32,000 nt of DNA from Acaryochloris marina MBIC11017 (GTDB lineage Bacteria; Cyanobacteriota; Cyanobacteriia; Thermosynechococcales; Thermosynechococcaceae): NCBI RefSeq assembly GCF_000018105.1, contig NC_009928.1:90001-122000 (forward strand), given 5' to 3'. The notes under the pieces were generated by a model. The model searched no databases. It was not told the origin of the DNA and worked only from the letters and a program-made list of their open reading frames with translations. The translations under genes were made by a program, and so were the position numbers. Of the stretch, positions 1-9,926 are shown piece by piece (the stretch's first letter is position 1; every line of letters starts with the position of its first letter).

Positions 1-205
1 TATGCTTTTTGAACTCCCTTTATAATTAAACCAATGTAATTGTGCAAAAATTGTGCAATCGGTCTAATTCAGTCAAATAAACTATGTTTGCTATAGATTC
101 TATTGACTGAGAAGCTTCTATACCTTGTTTCAGTAGAGGGCGCAGCTAAGAGATGAGAAAGACTGTCCTCTAATTCTTCAGAACGAGAACTATGGCAAGC
201 ATAAT

Positions 206-261
206 AAAAACCCAGAAGAGTTAATATTCACCACCGATGAGGTGCCTATTTCCCTTCTGGG
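206..261 (-). terminator. Probable intrinsic terminator downstream of cpcA
   Basis: The stem is cccagaag (211-218) paired with cttctggg (254-261), with a long structured loop. On the minus strand it is followed by a U5 tract (A-run 206-210). It lies 55 nt after the cpcA stop. The same structure is duplicated at 13228-13283. Confidence 0.5.
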
Positions 262-315
262 TTTTCAATTGCTAGAGGAGGGTGGCAGCAATTTTAATCG
301 TTAGACCACGATGGG

Positions 316-804
316 CTAGCTAAGTGCATTGATGGCATAGTCAATATACGAGTTGGCTTCAACAGCCCCATCACCACTTAAGCCATGGTTTGCTTTGATA
401 TATTTCAGCGCTTCAACATACCAACTGGGTGACAAGTCAAAGGTGCGGTTGATCTCTGCCAGTCCGCTCACTAAATAGTCATCCATGGGACCTGTCCCAC
501 CCACCACACAGCAGTAGGTGATCATGCGCAGGTAATACCCTATATCGCGCACACACTTGTCTTTGCCCCGCTGAGTGGAAGCATAGTTATTTCCCTGTAA
601 TGAAGTTGTGTAGGGAAACTTCTTGTATACGGCATCAGCGGCTTGAGAAGCCAGGCTATCTGCTTTCTCGCTCAATGCTCTTGCGGCTTGTAAGCCCGTC
701 GATGCTTGACGAAAACGTCCAAAAGCAACCTGGAGTTCTGTTGAGCTGAGGAACTTTCCTTGGGAATCGGCTGAAGCTAGGGCCTCAGTCAAAGGGGTTT
801 TCAT
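316..804 (-). CDS. cpcA: C-phycocyanin alpha subunit
   Basis: The 162-aa product starts MKTPLTEA. It contains the [11 protein letters not shown] bilin-attachment Cys region and ends in the typical [10 protein letters not shown]. It lies 68 nt downstream of cpcB in the canonical cpcB-cpcA order. Confidence 0.95.
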   Translation of the reverse strand: MKTPLTEALASADSQGKFLSSTELQVAFGRFRQASTGLQAARALSEKADSLASQAADAVYKKFPYTTSLQGNNYASTQRGKDKCVRDIGYYLRMITYCCVVGGTGPMDDYLVSGLAEINRTFDLSPSWYVEALKYIKANHGLSGDGAVEANSYIDYAINALS

Positions 805-872
805 TTCTAAATTTCTCCTAATTACCGATATCTAAATGGGGCGCGATGGATGGCTATTTCTAACGAGGCCCG

Positions 873-1391
873 TTAGCCTACGGCGCGTGCCGCTAAGTCG
901 AAGTAGTCGCTGACTTCTGAAATCAAGCTGGAACAATCTCCTTGAGTGACGCCATTAGGGTCACTCGCAATTTCTAATGCTGCATCTCGCATCTTGCTGA
1001 CGCTCAGGGACATCGACTTGGTTGGGACACCCAGTGTTTGATAGGTTTGCTTGAGGCCGTTCAAACAGCGATCTTCAAGAATGCTGGCATCACCGGCAAA
1101 GATGGCGTAAGTCACATAACGCAGAATAATTTCCATGTCTCGTAAGCAAGCGGCCATCCGACGATGGGTGTATGCATTACCACCCGGCTGGATGAGTGAA
1201 GGCTGCTCCTCGAACAAATCACGCGCCGCATTCGCAACGATGGTAGACGCATTACTCGTGATTCGATTGACGACATCCATCCGCTTATTGCCATCCGAGA
1301 CGACAGCTTGCAGGGCTGCGATCTGGGAATCACTCAGAAAATCCCCTCGGGCGTCTGCTTGTGAAACTACTTTCGCAAATGCATCATACAT
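873..1391 (-). CDS. cpcB: C-phycocyanin beta subunit
   Basis: The 172-aa product starts [14 protein letters not shown]. It contains [11 protein letters not shown], the [20 protein letters not shown] motif (Cys-82 site) and GDCS (Cys-153 site). Confidence 0.95.
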   Translation of the reverse strand: MYDAFAKVVSQADARGDFLSDSQIAALQAVVSDGNKRMDVVNRITSNASTIVANAARDLFEEQPSLIQPGGNAYTHRRMAACLRDMEIILRYVTYAIFAGDASILEDRCLNGLKQTYQTLGVPTKSMSLSVSKMRDAALEIASDPNGVTQGDCSSLISEVSDYFDLAARAVG

Positions 1392-1703
1392 AGTTCTATT
1401 GGAATCTCCATAAATGTCATAAATGCGCTTTATTTCATGTGTGTCTTAGTACTGAAATAAGCTAAGAATTTCAATAATCTTGACCTTAAACTGCAAATTG
1501 ATGAACAATTTGAGAAGGTAGCCAGAAAGATTATCCAACTTAGAGAAACATCCTTCAGCGAGAACAGCGCAAAAATTTACGGAATTTTATAATATTTACA
1601 AAGTTATGGATTTGTGAGATTTTCTGCTATGAAGCTAGAGCTAACACACCATTTGGGTGGTGCTCAAGCGGGTAACCATAGAAGTGAGCTTGGCCTAAAC
1701 TCT

Positions 1704-2426
1704 CTAGGGCTTCAGGGTATAACCTACCCCGTGTACGGTATGAATTAGTTTGGGGTTGCCGCTGCTATCCCCAAGTTTGCGACGTAAGTGTGAGATATGA
1801 ATATCAACGACCTGAGTGTCAACGTTAGCCTCATGGCTATATCCCCATACTTTATGCAAAAACTCTGACCGCGAAATAGGTTCTCCTGGATGGGTCGCTA
1901 ACAATTCCAATACACTAAATTCCATATGGGTAAGGGAAATACGGCTACGTCCCTTGAAAACCTGTCTTTTGTTGGTATCGACTGTTATTGAACCAAATCG
2001 AATGACACCATTACTTTGATGATGAAAAGGAAGAGGTTTTGTAGTCTCCATTCGGCGAAGAATAGACCTAACACGCGATTCCAGCTCCTTCAATGAAAAT
2101 GGCTTAACGACATAATCATCGGCACCCATTTCTAAGCCAGTAATTCGGTCAACGACATCGGAAAGCGCAGTTAGCATAATAATGGGGACTCTTGATGCCT
2201 TGCGAACTGCTTGACAGACCCCGTAACCGTCCAACTTAGGCATCATCACATCTAAGATAATCAGGTCAGGACGTTGATCATAGAAGACATCGAGTGCTTC
2301 CACCCCATCAGCAGCGGTGTAAACTTGGTAACCTATTTTGGAAAGGCGTGTGCTTAAAACTCGTCGAATGCTGGCTTCGTCATCCACGACCAAAATGGCA
2401 GGCGGATGACTCCTCATACTATTCAT
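1704..2426 (-). CDS. OmpR-family response regulator, RpaB/Ycf27-like paralogue
   Basis: The receiver domain shows ILVVDDEASIRR, DLIILDVMMPKLDGYGVCQ, IIMLTAL and DDYVVKPFS. The C-terminal winged helix shows THMEFSVLELL and TVHGVGY. The receiver domain closely resembles cyanobacterial RpaB as I recall it. Confidence 0.85.
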   Translation of the reverse strand: MNSMRSHPPAILVVDDEASIRRVLSTRLSKIGYQVYTAADGVEALDVFYDQRPDLIILDVMMPKLDGYGVCQAVRKASRVPIIMLTALSDVVDRITGLEMGADDYVVKPFSLKELESRVRSILRRMETTKPLPFHHQSNGVIRFGSITVDTNKRQVFKGRSRISLTHMEFSVLELLATHPGEPISRSEFLHKVWGYSHEANVDTQVVDIHISHLRRKLGDSSGNPKLIHTVHGVGYTLKP

Positions 2427-2679
2427 TAATTCTATGTTCGGATTAATCGCGTCTCAGATAAAACAGAATATTCAGTAAGCAAGAATCATTGATAGATGCA
2501 ATGTCTGGGCAGTTTAATGATGCAATCCACATGAAGCGACAGGATTATTTCCCTGTTGGCACCATTCAATATCAATGATGGCTGCTACGATAAACAAACG
2601 GCTGTATATCAAGCGTTATGATTCTCACAAATGTGTATTAAAGACCATTTGGTAAGATAAGTGAATCATATCCATGGTG

Positions 2680-2702
2680 AGGGTTGTCATTGAGACAACC
2701 CT
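2680..2702. terminator. 9-bp stem hairpin just downstream of the cpcG-like gene
   Basis: The stem agggttgtc (2680-2688) pairs with gacaaccct (2694-2702) around a 5-nt loop, 61 nt after the linker gene stop. There is no clean U tract on the minus strand. Confidence 0.35.
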
Positions 2703-2762
2703 ACTTTACTTCTCTTTGTCTCTAGCCTGAATTGTGTTTGCAGATCATTAGTCAACTCAAGA

Positions 2763-3581
2763 CTAAGACCCAATCACAAAGGAAGCAATTATCACACCAC
2801 TCAGTGCGCCAAAACCAATTAGAATTGCCGCTATAAGGCCAGTATAGCTACCGGATTCCTCTGAAGAAGAGCTAGCTGAGCTAGTTACTCGACTGGGTGT
2901 ACTGGGGCGACTAGTGTTGGAACGACTGGGTGCACTAGAGCGGCTTGGTGCACTGGAGCGACTCGGCGGGCTTGAACGACGAGCAACGCCCGAAGACCGA
3001 CTAGTTCTGGCAATACTATCCCGAAATTCCTCACCAAAACGAGTGACGTGAGCAAAGGTTAACTCACCGATCTCCTGCTGAGGGAGAATTCGACGGCGTT
3101 GATACGGAACTGTATCTTCCCCAAAAGTTTCCAAATACTCATCGGTATTAAGCAGCTCATCGATAAAGCCTTGAAGCCCTTTCGTAGCTAGCACAATCGA
3201 CCAAGCGAGAGTTTCTCTTTCGTTATAAACTTGGCGGCCTAACACCCGCTGGAAGCAAAGCTCAATAAAACGATAGTTGTTGTTGGCATCATAATTCAGC
3301 CGCCGGAAGGAATCAGATAAGATCAAACCCCGGATAAAATCCTTGACGGTAATCTGCCTGGCTTTGAGTTGGGATTCCAGGGTCGCCTGACGGTTAGCCA
3401 CTAGCATCTGTTGCTCATGGAAGATTTGCAGGTAGGCGGCATCAATGATGGTCGCAATTTCGTTAGGGGAAGGGAGATTCTCAGTCGTAAAGATCCTTGG
3501 CTGTTCATCACCCGGTACTTCAAAACCAGCTACACGCTGATTTTGAGACATAGGGGTGTACTCCAATAAAGGCAGAGACAT
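2763..3581 (-). CDS. cpcG: Phycobilisome rod-core linker, CpcG family, with a C-terminal hydrophobic anchor (CpcL/CpcG2-like)
   Basis: The PBS-linker domain shows FHEQQM, ITVKDFIRGL, SDSFRR, NNYRFIELCFQRVLGR and PYQRRRILP. I trimmed the start to the ATG at 3581 (MSLPLLEYTPMSQNQRV, the typical CpcG N-terminus), with AAGGAG 8 nt upstream. The C-terminus YTGLIAAILIGFGALSGVIIASFVIGS is a predicted TM helix. Confidence 0.85.
   Translation of the reverse strand: MSLPLLEYTPMSQNQRVAGFEVPGDEQPRIFTTENLPSPNEIATIIDAAYLQIFHEQQMLVANRQATLESQLKARQITVKDFIRGLILSDSFRRLNYDANNNYRFIELCFQRVLGRQVYNERETLAWSIVLATKGLQGFIDELLNTDEYLETFGEDTVPYQRRRILPQQEIGELTFAHVTRFGEEFRDSIARTSRSSGVARRSSPPSRSSAPSRSSAPSRSNTSRPSTPSRVTSSASSSSEESGSYTGLIAAILIGFGALSGVIIASFVIGS
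2890..2976 (-). repeat. Tandem 18-bp (one 15-bp) coding repeats inside the cpcG-like gene
   Basis: Five successive units each start with cgac or cggc: 2890-2907, 2908-2922, 2923-2940, 2941-2958 and 2959-2976. They encode SSPPSR-SSAPSR-SSAPSR-SNTSR-PSTPSR between the linker domain and the TM tail. Confidence 0.8.
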
Positions 3582-4069
3582 ATGTAAAACTCCTTGACTA
3601 AAAAATGGCCAAAGTACTGTGTAAATTGATAAATTCCAATCAAATGGCAATAGTAGAAGGCCGCTCGATATTTGAATATTGCTAGAACTTCCTTCTAGGA
3701 TCTAATGATTCATCGTACTACTGAAGCGGCACCTTAGCTGACGTCTAGCTTGGAAAGTAGAAATTTGCAATATTTACTAGAGGTTAAAATACTCTGAATG
3801 GTCTAACTTCTGATAATAGCCTTTTAGCCTCTATATAGAGATTAGATTCTCCCGTATCTTCTCATGTTTTTTAATTAACATAGGTATTCAAACCTGACTG
3901 GGTTAAGATTACATTCTGGATGTGCAGTACTCATGGGTCCATCTGCAGAATCTTTACTTAAAAATTGAAGCATGATGAGTTTATATGCTTGAGCCTCAGA
4001 TTAGGAAAACGGTAGAAAGACAGGTTAATGATAAAAAATGAATATAATTCCATGTTCAATCTAGTAGGG

Positions 4070-4177
4070 GTTGATTCCCCGCTGCTTGCAGCGAAGAAAT
4101 GGAATTGCGATCCAAATCTACGGTTTGCTATCAAGTCGTATTTCATACCCCGTCTGCTTGCAGCGAGGTAGTTGATT
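4070..4177 (-). repeat. Two degenerate copies of a hairpin-bearing repeat about 28 nt long, 71 nt apart (possible CRISPR remnant or REP-like element)
   Basis: The plus-strand cores are ccccgctgcttgcagcga (4077-4094) and ccccgtctgcttgcagcga (4148-4166). On the minus strand they read CTTCGCTGCAAGCAGCGGGGAATCAAC and CCTCGCTGCAAGCAGACGGGGTATGAAA. Each has a CGCTG/CAGCG stem followed by a G-rich 3' handle. Only two copies are present and no cas genes are in the window. Confidence 0.3.
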
Positions 4178-5612
4178 AGACTGTATAATCATTCACTCGA
4201 TAGGTGTTTGAGTACTGCAATCTTACTTACTTGGTATCCATAAAGATTTATGAGGCGAGATTTGTCCTTCCTTCAGTCAAAGTAGCCAGTATCTAAAAGA
4301 ATCCAAGCAGTTTAATCCTTTCATTAATTATAGAAATCGAACTGTTTTGACAGATAAATGAATATTTTTAACTACTTATTTAGAATCATGCATTAATTCC
4401 AATACCTTGGTGAGTTAAGCATTCGATGCAAGAACTTATCTTCGGTCTAAAGATATCCATGATAGATTTTCAATCATAAAGATACCTATCGATTGGGCGG
4501 CTTAACGGAGTTGTGAGTCGCCTTTTCCTTGCAGGGGATAATCCGAATTTGACCTGTCCCTGAAAAAGTGGATAGGTAGTTTATAATGCTGACGCTTGTT
4601 CATCGCTTTAACGCCGTCAAAGTGTTTAGAGACTCATGACTCCTAGATGTCCAGCCGCCTCCACCTTGACCTTCAATGTTGGGTACTGTCAGTTTTATCC
4701 TCACTTGTTTACAGATGTCAAAGTTCCTTGGTCCCCCTCAGACCTCGAACAAAGAAAGACTCGACTGGATCTTGCAAGTGCTATCGGGATATCCACTCAC
4801 TCTGAGTCATTGATGAGATAGGAGACCTCAAAAAGGACACACAGCCTGATTACGTCCAACACCGGCATCCTGGCAATTGAGGCAAAGTTGGCAATGGTAT
4901 CGTTGCAGTCACTGCTACCGACGTTGAGGAAAAATGACATTGCCCTTCATGTTCCGAGTGTACCAACCCAAAAGTCGCATCAAAACTGAAGATGTTTATC
5001 AAAGCAAACCTGAAATTTCGGGTTCGATGATTGATGACCTCACTGTAAGCCCTGTCAGCTAAATTTATTTTGTTAGGAATATTTTTTATATATGGAAGCA
5101 ACGATATAACTTGCTTGTAAAAACTGGAGCTTCCTCAATATATGGCTTCTCAATGTAGTTATCGCTGATATATCCTATATTTTCTATGAAATATCGGATC
5201 TTTGTAAGCGGCAGTAATCATTTATTCGAATCTATTCAGATGACTCTACTGGAACGCGCTGTATGACAGGAGCTGATTAATCTTAAGCACCTTGAGAAAC
5301 AACAGACGTCAGGAAATACAAGGTACCTATAATTAAGATTTGTTTTAAACATACTGCACTATAGTATGATACTTACTGAGAATAACAGTCAATAAGAGAG
5401 TCTTTATTTTATCCATCTGATTTCCGAAAAGAAGTTGCAACTATCTCGGTCTTAATTTAGTTTCATCGCCTGAGACACAATCCCTAGCACTTGCTGAGGG
5501 AAGTTTTCTTTGTCCAATTGGTGGCGAACAGATACCAACTTCAACCATCACTTGACATTTTCCTGGTTGGGATGATCAACAAGAAATAATTAATTTGGAA
5601 GGAGACTTTTTT

Positions 5613-6647
5613 ATGCAAACCTACGGTAACCCTAATGTTACCTACGACTGGTGGGCAGGTAACTCCCGCCTAGCAAGCTCTTCGGGTTTATTTATATCCG
5701 CTCACGCTGGACATGCCGGGCTCATATCCGTCTGGGCAGGTGGTTTCACCCTATTCGAATTGGGACGATACAGCCCTGATTTCCCCATGTGGAGCCAAGG
5801 ATTGGTTCTTCTCCCCCACTTGGCAGCGGAAGGGATTGGCATCGGTGCTGGTGGTGTAATCGTTGATCCTCAAACGATCTTTGCGGTTGGCATGGTGCAC
5901 ATCATAGCTGGTGCGGTGTTAGGTGCTGGAGCACTATTTCATCTACTCAAAGCACCTCACGACTTGAGTGAGGCTTCTGGACGAGCGAGTACCTATCACT
6001 TTGAATGGGATAACACAGAGCAGCTTAGCCGTATACTCGGGCATCATCTACTCATTTTGGGATTCTATGCCCTGCTGTTTGCAGCTCGAGGTATGTTTTG
6101 GGGTGGGTTGTACGATCCTGATATCCAAGATGTCAGATTGGTGACGAATCCAACCCTTAATCCAGCCGTCATATTTGGTTACCAGACTCATTTTGACAGT
6201 GTTGATAATCTCGAAGATATTGTCGGTGGCCATATTTTCGTCGGTCTGTTCATTATCGCAGGGGGCATTTTCCACCTGTTGGTTCCGATGTTATCTTGGG
6301 CCAAAGAGCGGGTTCTTGTGAATGGAGAAGCCATTCTGTCCTATTCTCTGGGAGCAGTAGCTTTCTTTGGATTTTTATCTGCCTATTGGTGTTCTGTAAA
6401 TACCTACGTATGGCCTGAAGAGTTTTACGGTCCTGCCTTACAAATCAAGTTTGGAATAACTCCCTATTTTGCTGATACGTTAGATCTCCCTGTTGGTGTG
6501 CACTCTGCTCGGTGTTGGTTATCCAATGCTACCTATATCTTGGCGTTCTATTTTCTCCAAGGTCACCTATGGCATGCCCTCAGAGGTCTAGGCTTTGATT
6601 TCAAGAAGGTAGATGAGTTCATCAATTCCATGGCTTACGAGACATAA
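5613..6647 (+). CDS. pcb: CP43-like chlorophyll-binding antenna protein (Pcb/IsiA family)
   Basis: The product starts [19 protein letters not shown]. It contains [21 protein letters not shown] and six hydrophobic helices, and lacks the large CP43 lumenal loop (about 344 aa). I trimmed the start to the ATG at 5613, with GGAGA at 5601-5605. Confidence 0.9.
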   Translation: MQTYGNPNVTYDWWAGNSRLASSSGLFISAHAGHAGLISVWAGGFTLFELGRYSPDFPMWSQGLVLLPHLAAEGIGIGAGGVIVDPQTIFAVGMVHIIAGAVLGAGALFHLLKAPHDLSEASGRASTYHFEWDNTEQLSRILGHHLLILGFYALLFAARGMFWGGLYDPDIQDVRLVTNPTLNPAVIFGYQTHFDSVDNLEDIVGGHIFVGLFIIAGGIFHLLVPMLSWAKERVLVNGEAILSYSLGAVAFFGFLSAYWCSVNTYVWPEEFYGPALQIKFGITPYFADTLDLPVGVHSARCWLSNATYILAFYFLQGHLWHALRGLGFDFKKVDEFINSMAYET

Positions 6648-6795
6648 GCTATTACGGTTAAGGACAAGATTTGGAAAAATACCATGGCTCTAAAAATCCT
6701 CTGAAGGGCAATCTAAACAATCAAATAGCTTGGATTTGACCTTCTTTGACTGAGAGCTAATACGACTCAACTCAATGTGTTGAAGAAAAAACCAA

Positions 6796-6835
6796 GGTAA
6801 GGGTGTGAACAACCTGGGCATTTCACACCCTTACC
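6796..6835. terminator. Strong 14-bp stem hairpin between pcb and hemH
   Basis: The stem ggtaagggtgtgaa (6796-6809) pairs with ttcacacccttacc (6822-6835). An A-run lies upstream on the plus strand, so the U tract is on the minus strand. It may terminate pcb readthrough and/or a minus-strand transcript. Confidence 0.4.
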
Positions 6836-7175
6836 ACCTTAATCATAATGAAGCAGGATATTGCAAAAACTGAGGCACTTAATTCAGCGGTCAACTAGTT
6901 TGTGAAAGGTCTATTGGTAACGTGGCTCTAATCAGAGGATGAGCTTTTGATTGGTATTACTCCTATAAAAACTAATACAAATTGTCAAAATTTATTGTTT
7001 ACTTGCGAGTTTTCTGTATTAACTTTGTGCTAATCATCATTAAATTCATTGAGTCAAATTAAGATGTTCTTTTCTTGTAACAATATTTGATATCTTTACA
7101 ATTGTAATGAAAAACTTGAAGATAGGCCTTGGTTTGACGGTATGTCTGAAAGTTGAACTCATCTGAGCCATAGGT

Positions 7176-8336
7176 ATGAGCCGAGCAGGAATATTGCTGT
7201 TAAATTTGGGAGGGCCTGAGAGGCTAAGAGACGTCCGCCCCTTTCTATATAATCTATTTTCAGATCCAGAAATCATCCGTTTACGCTTTCCTGTTTTACA
7301 GGCTCCGCTTGCATGGTTAATTTCTGTATTAAGGTCTAGTAAATCTGAGAAAAACTACCAAAAGATTGGTGGTTTTTCTCCCTTGCGCGAGATTACTGAG
7401 TCCCAGGCATTTGCATTACAACAGGCATTATGTTCAGCAGGCTATCCGATTAAAACCTATGTAGGGATGAGATATTGGCATCCCTTTACGGAAGAAGCCA
7501 TCGAGCAAATAAAGCGAGACAGAATCACCGATCTCGTCATTCTTCCCCTTTACCCGCAGTTTTCAATTAGTACCAGTGGATCTAGCTTTCGCCAACTAGA
7601 GAAAATTTGGATGGCCGATCCAGGCTTGCAGACCATTAACTATACAATCATTCCTTCTTGGCACGACTGCAAAGACTATATTCGAGCGATAGCTGATTTG
7701 ATAGATGGCTGCATTGATCAGCAACCTGATGCCCATCAGGCCCATTTATTTTTTAGCGCTCATGGTGTACCCGTCAGCTATGTCGAAGAAGCTGGCGATC
7801 CTTATCAAGATGAGGTTGAGAAATGTGTGGGTTTAATTATGAAGGCCCTAAACAGGGATATACCTTACACATTGGCTTACCAAAGCCGAGTAGGTCCAAT
7901 TGAATGGCTGAAGCCTTATACGGACGAGGCAATTGTCGAAGTTGCACAACAAGGGTATAAAGAGCTAGTTGTTGTCCCCATTAGTTTTGTCTCAGACCAT
8001 ATTGAGACCCTCGAAGAAATTGACATAGAGTATCGGGAGATAGCGATCAATGCTGGGATAGAAACTTTTATTAGAGTTCCTGCCCTCAACACAAATCCAG
8101 ACTTTATTCAAGCCCTAGCCAAGTTGGTCATTCAAGCCTTAAGTGAACGCCCTGTTTTATTTAGTGATGTTTGTCCAGAGAACGCAGTGAAATTGTATCC
8201 TCAAGAACAATGGGCTTGGGGAATAACTCCCTCCGCAGAGGTCTGGAATGGGCGACTAGCTATGTTTGGGATGTTGGGAGTACTACTTGAATATTTCGTA
8301 GGATCTGGACCGCTACATTTATTAGGCTTAATGTAG
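7176..8336 (+). CDS. hemH: Ferrochelatase with a C-terminal CAB/Hlip-like helix
   Basis: The N-terminus is [32 protein letters not shown]. It also shows [25 protein letters not shown] and [15 protein letters not shown]. The C-terminal [17 protein letters not shown] matches the chlorophyll a/b-binding motif typical of cyanobacterial HemH. Confidence 0.92.
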   Translation: MSRAGILLLNLGGPERLRDVRPFLYNLFSDPEIIRLRFPVLQAPLAWLISVLRSSKSEKNYQKIGGFSPLREITESQAFALQQALCSAGYPIKTYVGMRYWHPFTEEAIEQIKRDRITDLVILPLYPQFSISTSGSSFRQLEKIWMADPGLQTINYTIIPSWHDCKDYIRAIADLIDGCIDQQPDAHQAHLFFSAHGVPVSYVEEAGDPYQDEVEKCVGLIMKALNRDIPYTLAYQSRVGPIEWLKPYTDEAIVEVAQQGYKELVVVPISFVSDHIETLEEIDIEYREIAINAGIETFIRVPALNTNPDFIQALAKLVIQALSERPVLFSDVCPENAVKLYPQEQWAWGITPSAEVWNGRLAMFGMLGVLLEYFVGSGPLHLLGLM

Positions 8337-8497
8337 TCATGGTCATAGTGAGGATGTTTAACCTGCCTCTCTTATTGGACTATTAAGAAATTGTAATGGA
8401 AGGGTTGTTCAAATTAACCTAATGTAGCTAACAAGGTTATCTTTTTCACAATTAGATTTTTTATCAGCAGTTATCATCAAGAAATGGGAAGTTTGGC

Positions 8498-9214
8498 ATG
8501 AGGGAAAAATTATCAATTCAATTGAGTGAAGGCACTAAAAAAGCTCATACAATGGCAGAGAATGTAGGCTTTGTGCGGTGTTTTCTAAGAGGAGCAGTTG
8601 ACAAGACATCTTATCGGAACCTCATCGCAAATCTATATTTTGTCTACACTGCGATGGAGCAGGAACTACGAGTTCTCAAGAAACATCCTATCATTTCCAA
8701 GATATATTTTCCTGAGTTAAATCGTAAATCCAGTCTTGAGAAAGATCTCTGTTTCTACTATGGAAATAGTTGGCAAGAGTCTATAGAACCATCTGCTGCT
8801 GCAAATAACTATGTAGAAAGAATTCATGAAGTAGCGACTACTCATCCAGAGCTACTAATTGCACACTCATATACACGCTATTTAGGCGACCTTTCAGGAG
8901 GACAAATTCTCAAGGGTATAGCTGAGCGTTCGATGAATCTATCGAATGGCGCTGGGACTGCCTTTTATGAATTTGAGTCCATCCCTGATGCGAAGGAGTT
9001 CAAGGAAGCCTATCGTCAAGCACTGAATGAACTGCCAATCAATGAGACGGTTGCTCATCAAATTGTAGATGAAGCTAATGCTGCATTTGGGCTCAATATG
9101 TTGATGTTTCAAGAGCTTGAAGGTAGTCTCATTAAAGCGATTGGGCAGATGCTTTTCAACACGCTCACACGACGCCGCAAACAAAACGGTCCTAACCTTG
9201 CGATAGCTGAATGA
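8498..9214 (+). CDS. ho: Heme oxygenase (HO-1 type)
   Basis: The product shows LSEGTKKAHTMAENVGFVRCFLRG, YRNLIANLYFVYTAMEQEL and AHSYTRYLGDLSGGQILK, and is 238 aa long. Confidence 0.9.
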   Translation: MREKLSIQLSEGTKKAHTMAENVGFVRCFLRGAVDKTSYRNLIANLYFVYTAMEQELRVLKKHPIISKIYFPELNRKSSLEKDLCFYYGNSWQESIEPSAAANNYVERIHEVATTHPELLIAHSYTRYLGDLSGGQILKGIAERSMNLSNGAGTAFYEFESIPDAKEFKEAYRQALNELPINETVAHQIVDEANAAFGLNMLMFQELEGSLIKAIGQMLFNTLTRRRKQNGPNLAIAE

Positions 9215-9293
9215 TTTAGTTCATTATTCCTTTTCTACGGCTTGTTTTCCATAACACCTCAACACAGTTTTAGGCTTAACTCCTTGTTTCGCT

Positions 9294-9322
9294 AAACCTC
9301 TGTTTTCAACAGAGGTTTTTTT
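9294..9322 (+). terminator. Intrinsic terminator after the heme oxygenase gene
   Basis: The stem aaacctctg (9294-9302) pairs with cagaggttt (9310-9318) around a 7-nt loop. It runs into a T7 tract (9316-9322). Confidence 0.7.
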
Positions 9323-9503
9323 ACTATCTTCGCAGCTTATTGATTCCAAAAGGGGTATGGCAACGATTAGATACTGTTGGCGAATTCAATATTATTTCTG
9401 AGCTAAATATTATGGCGCTTTATTCCCATCGGCTTGGATCAACACTAGGGAACACTTAAGGAGCGATCAAGGTAACCTGAAGTCTTAATATCACTCCCCT
9501 GAA

Positions 9504-9926
9504 TTGCTCCTCCGCATGATTTCAACCCCTGCAATTTCAGCCACACTTCTGCCAAAGATCCGCAAAGATATTGGCATTCAGGCTCTATCAAAATCAATTC
9601 CCATTGCTCGCATTGCTAGAGAGAATCAAACCAGTCGTAAGTTTGTCTATGAGCTGAAAGCAATTGCTGTACAAGCGTTGGATGAATCCTTCCTCAGCGA
9701 TAAAGCGGATGACGCAGTTCTGTTCTATCTACCGATCACCAAAACTTGGTTGTTCCAACTGATTCTAGTCTTGGTGCTGATCTGCCATTCCTCCTATCGA
9801 GGTGTTATTGAGCTGTTGCGTGATCTTTTCGACTGGTCCATCAGCTTGGGAACAGTTCGCAATCGCTTGCAAGTCGCAGCAGCCAAGGCAGAAGAAATGA
9901 TTGTGCGTCAACAAAGTGTGGGATAG
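9504..9926 (+). pseudogene. N-terminal fragment of a transposase-like gene (family not identified), cut by the IS1-like element
   Basis: The fragment has an HTH-like IARIARENQTSRKFVY followed by LICHSSYRGVIELLRDLFDWSISLGTVRNRL, which I associate with cyanobacterial IS proteins. The ORF ends where the IS1-like coding remnant begins (19-nt overlap). Confidence 0.4.

Noticed and set aside
1112-1413. ORFs 1112..1333 (-) and 1135..1413 (+) overlapping cpcB
   Set aside because: They lie entirely within or antisense to a confidently identified cpcB frame. Their composition is odd and they carry no motif, so they are shadow ORFs.
3582-3650. 23-codon N-terminal extension of the cpcG-like ORF in the track
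   Set aside because: The internal ATG at 3581 gives the canonical MSLPLLEY N-terminus and has an AAGGAG RBS, whereas the extension has neither.
3958-4146. 62-aa ORF on the minus strand
   Set aside because: It is built across the two hairpin repeats and AT-rich spacer DNA. It has no RBS or motif, so it is probably not coding.
5211-5232. Fur-box-like string gcagtaatcatttattcgaatc upstream of the pcb/isiA-like gene
   Set aside because: Only the AATCATT core resembles the Fur consensus. The site lies about 390 nt from the start codon, which is too weak a case to call.
7046-7276. 76-aa minus-strand ORF overlapping the hemH start
   Set aside because: It overlaps the hemH 5' end and promoter region and has no motif, so it is likely spurious.
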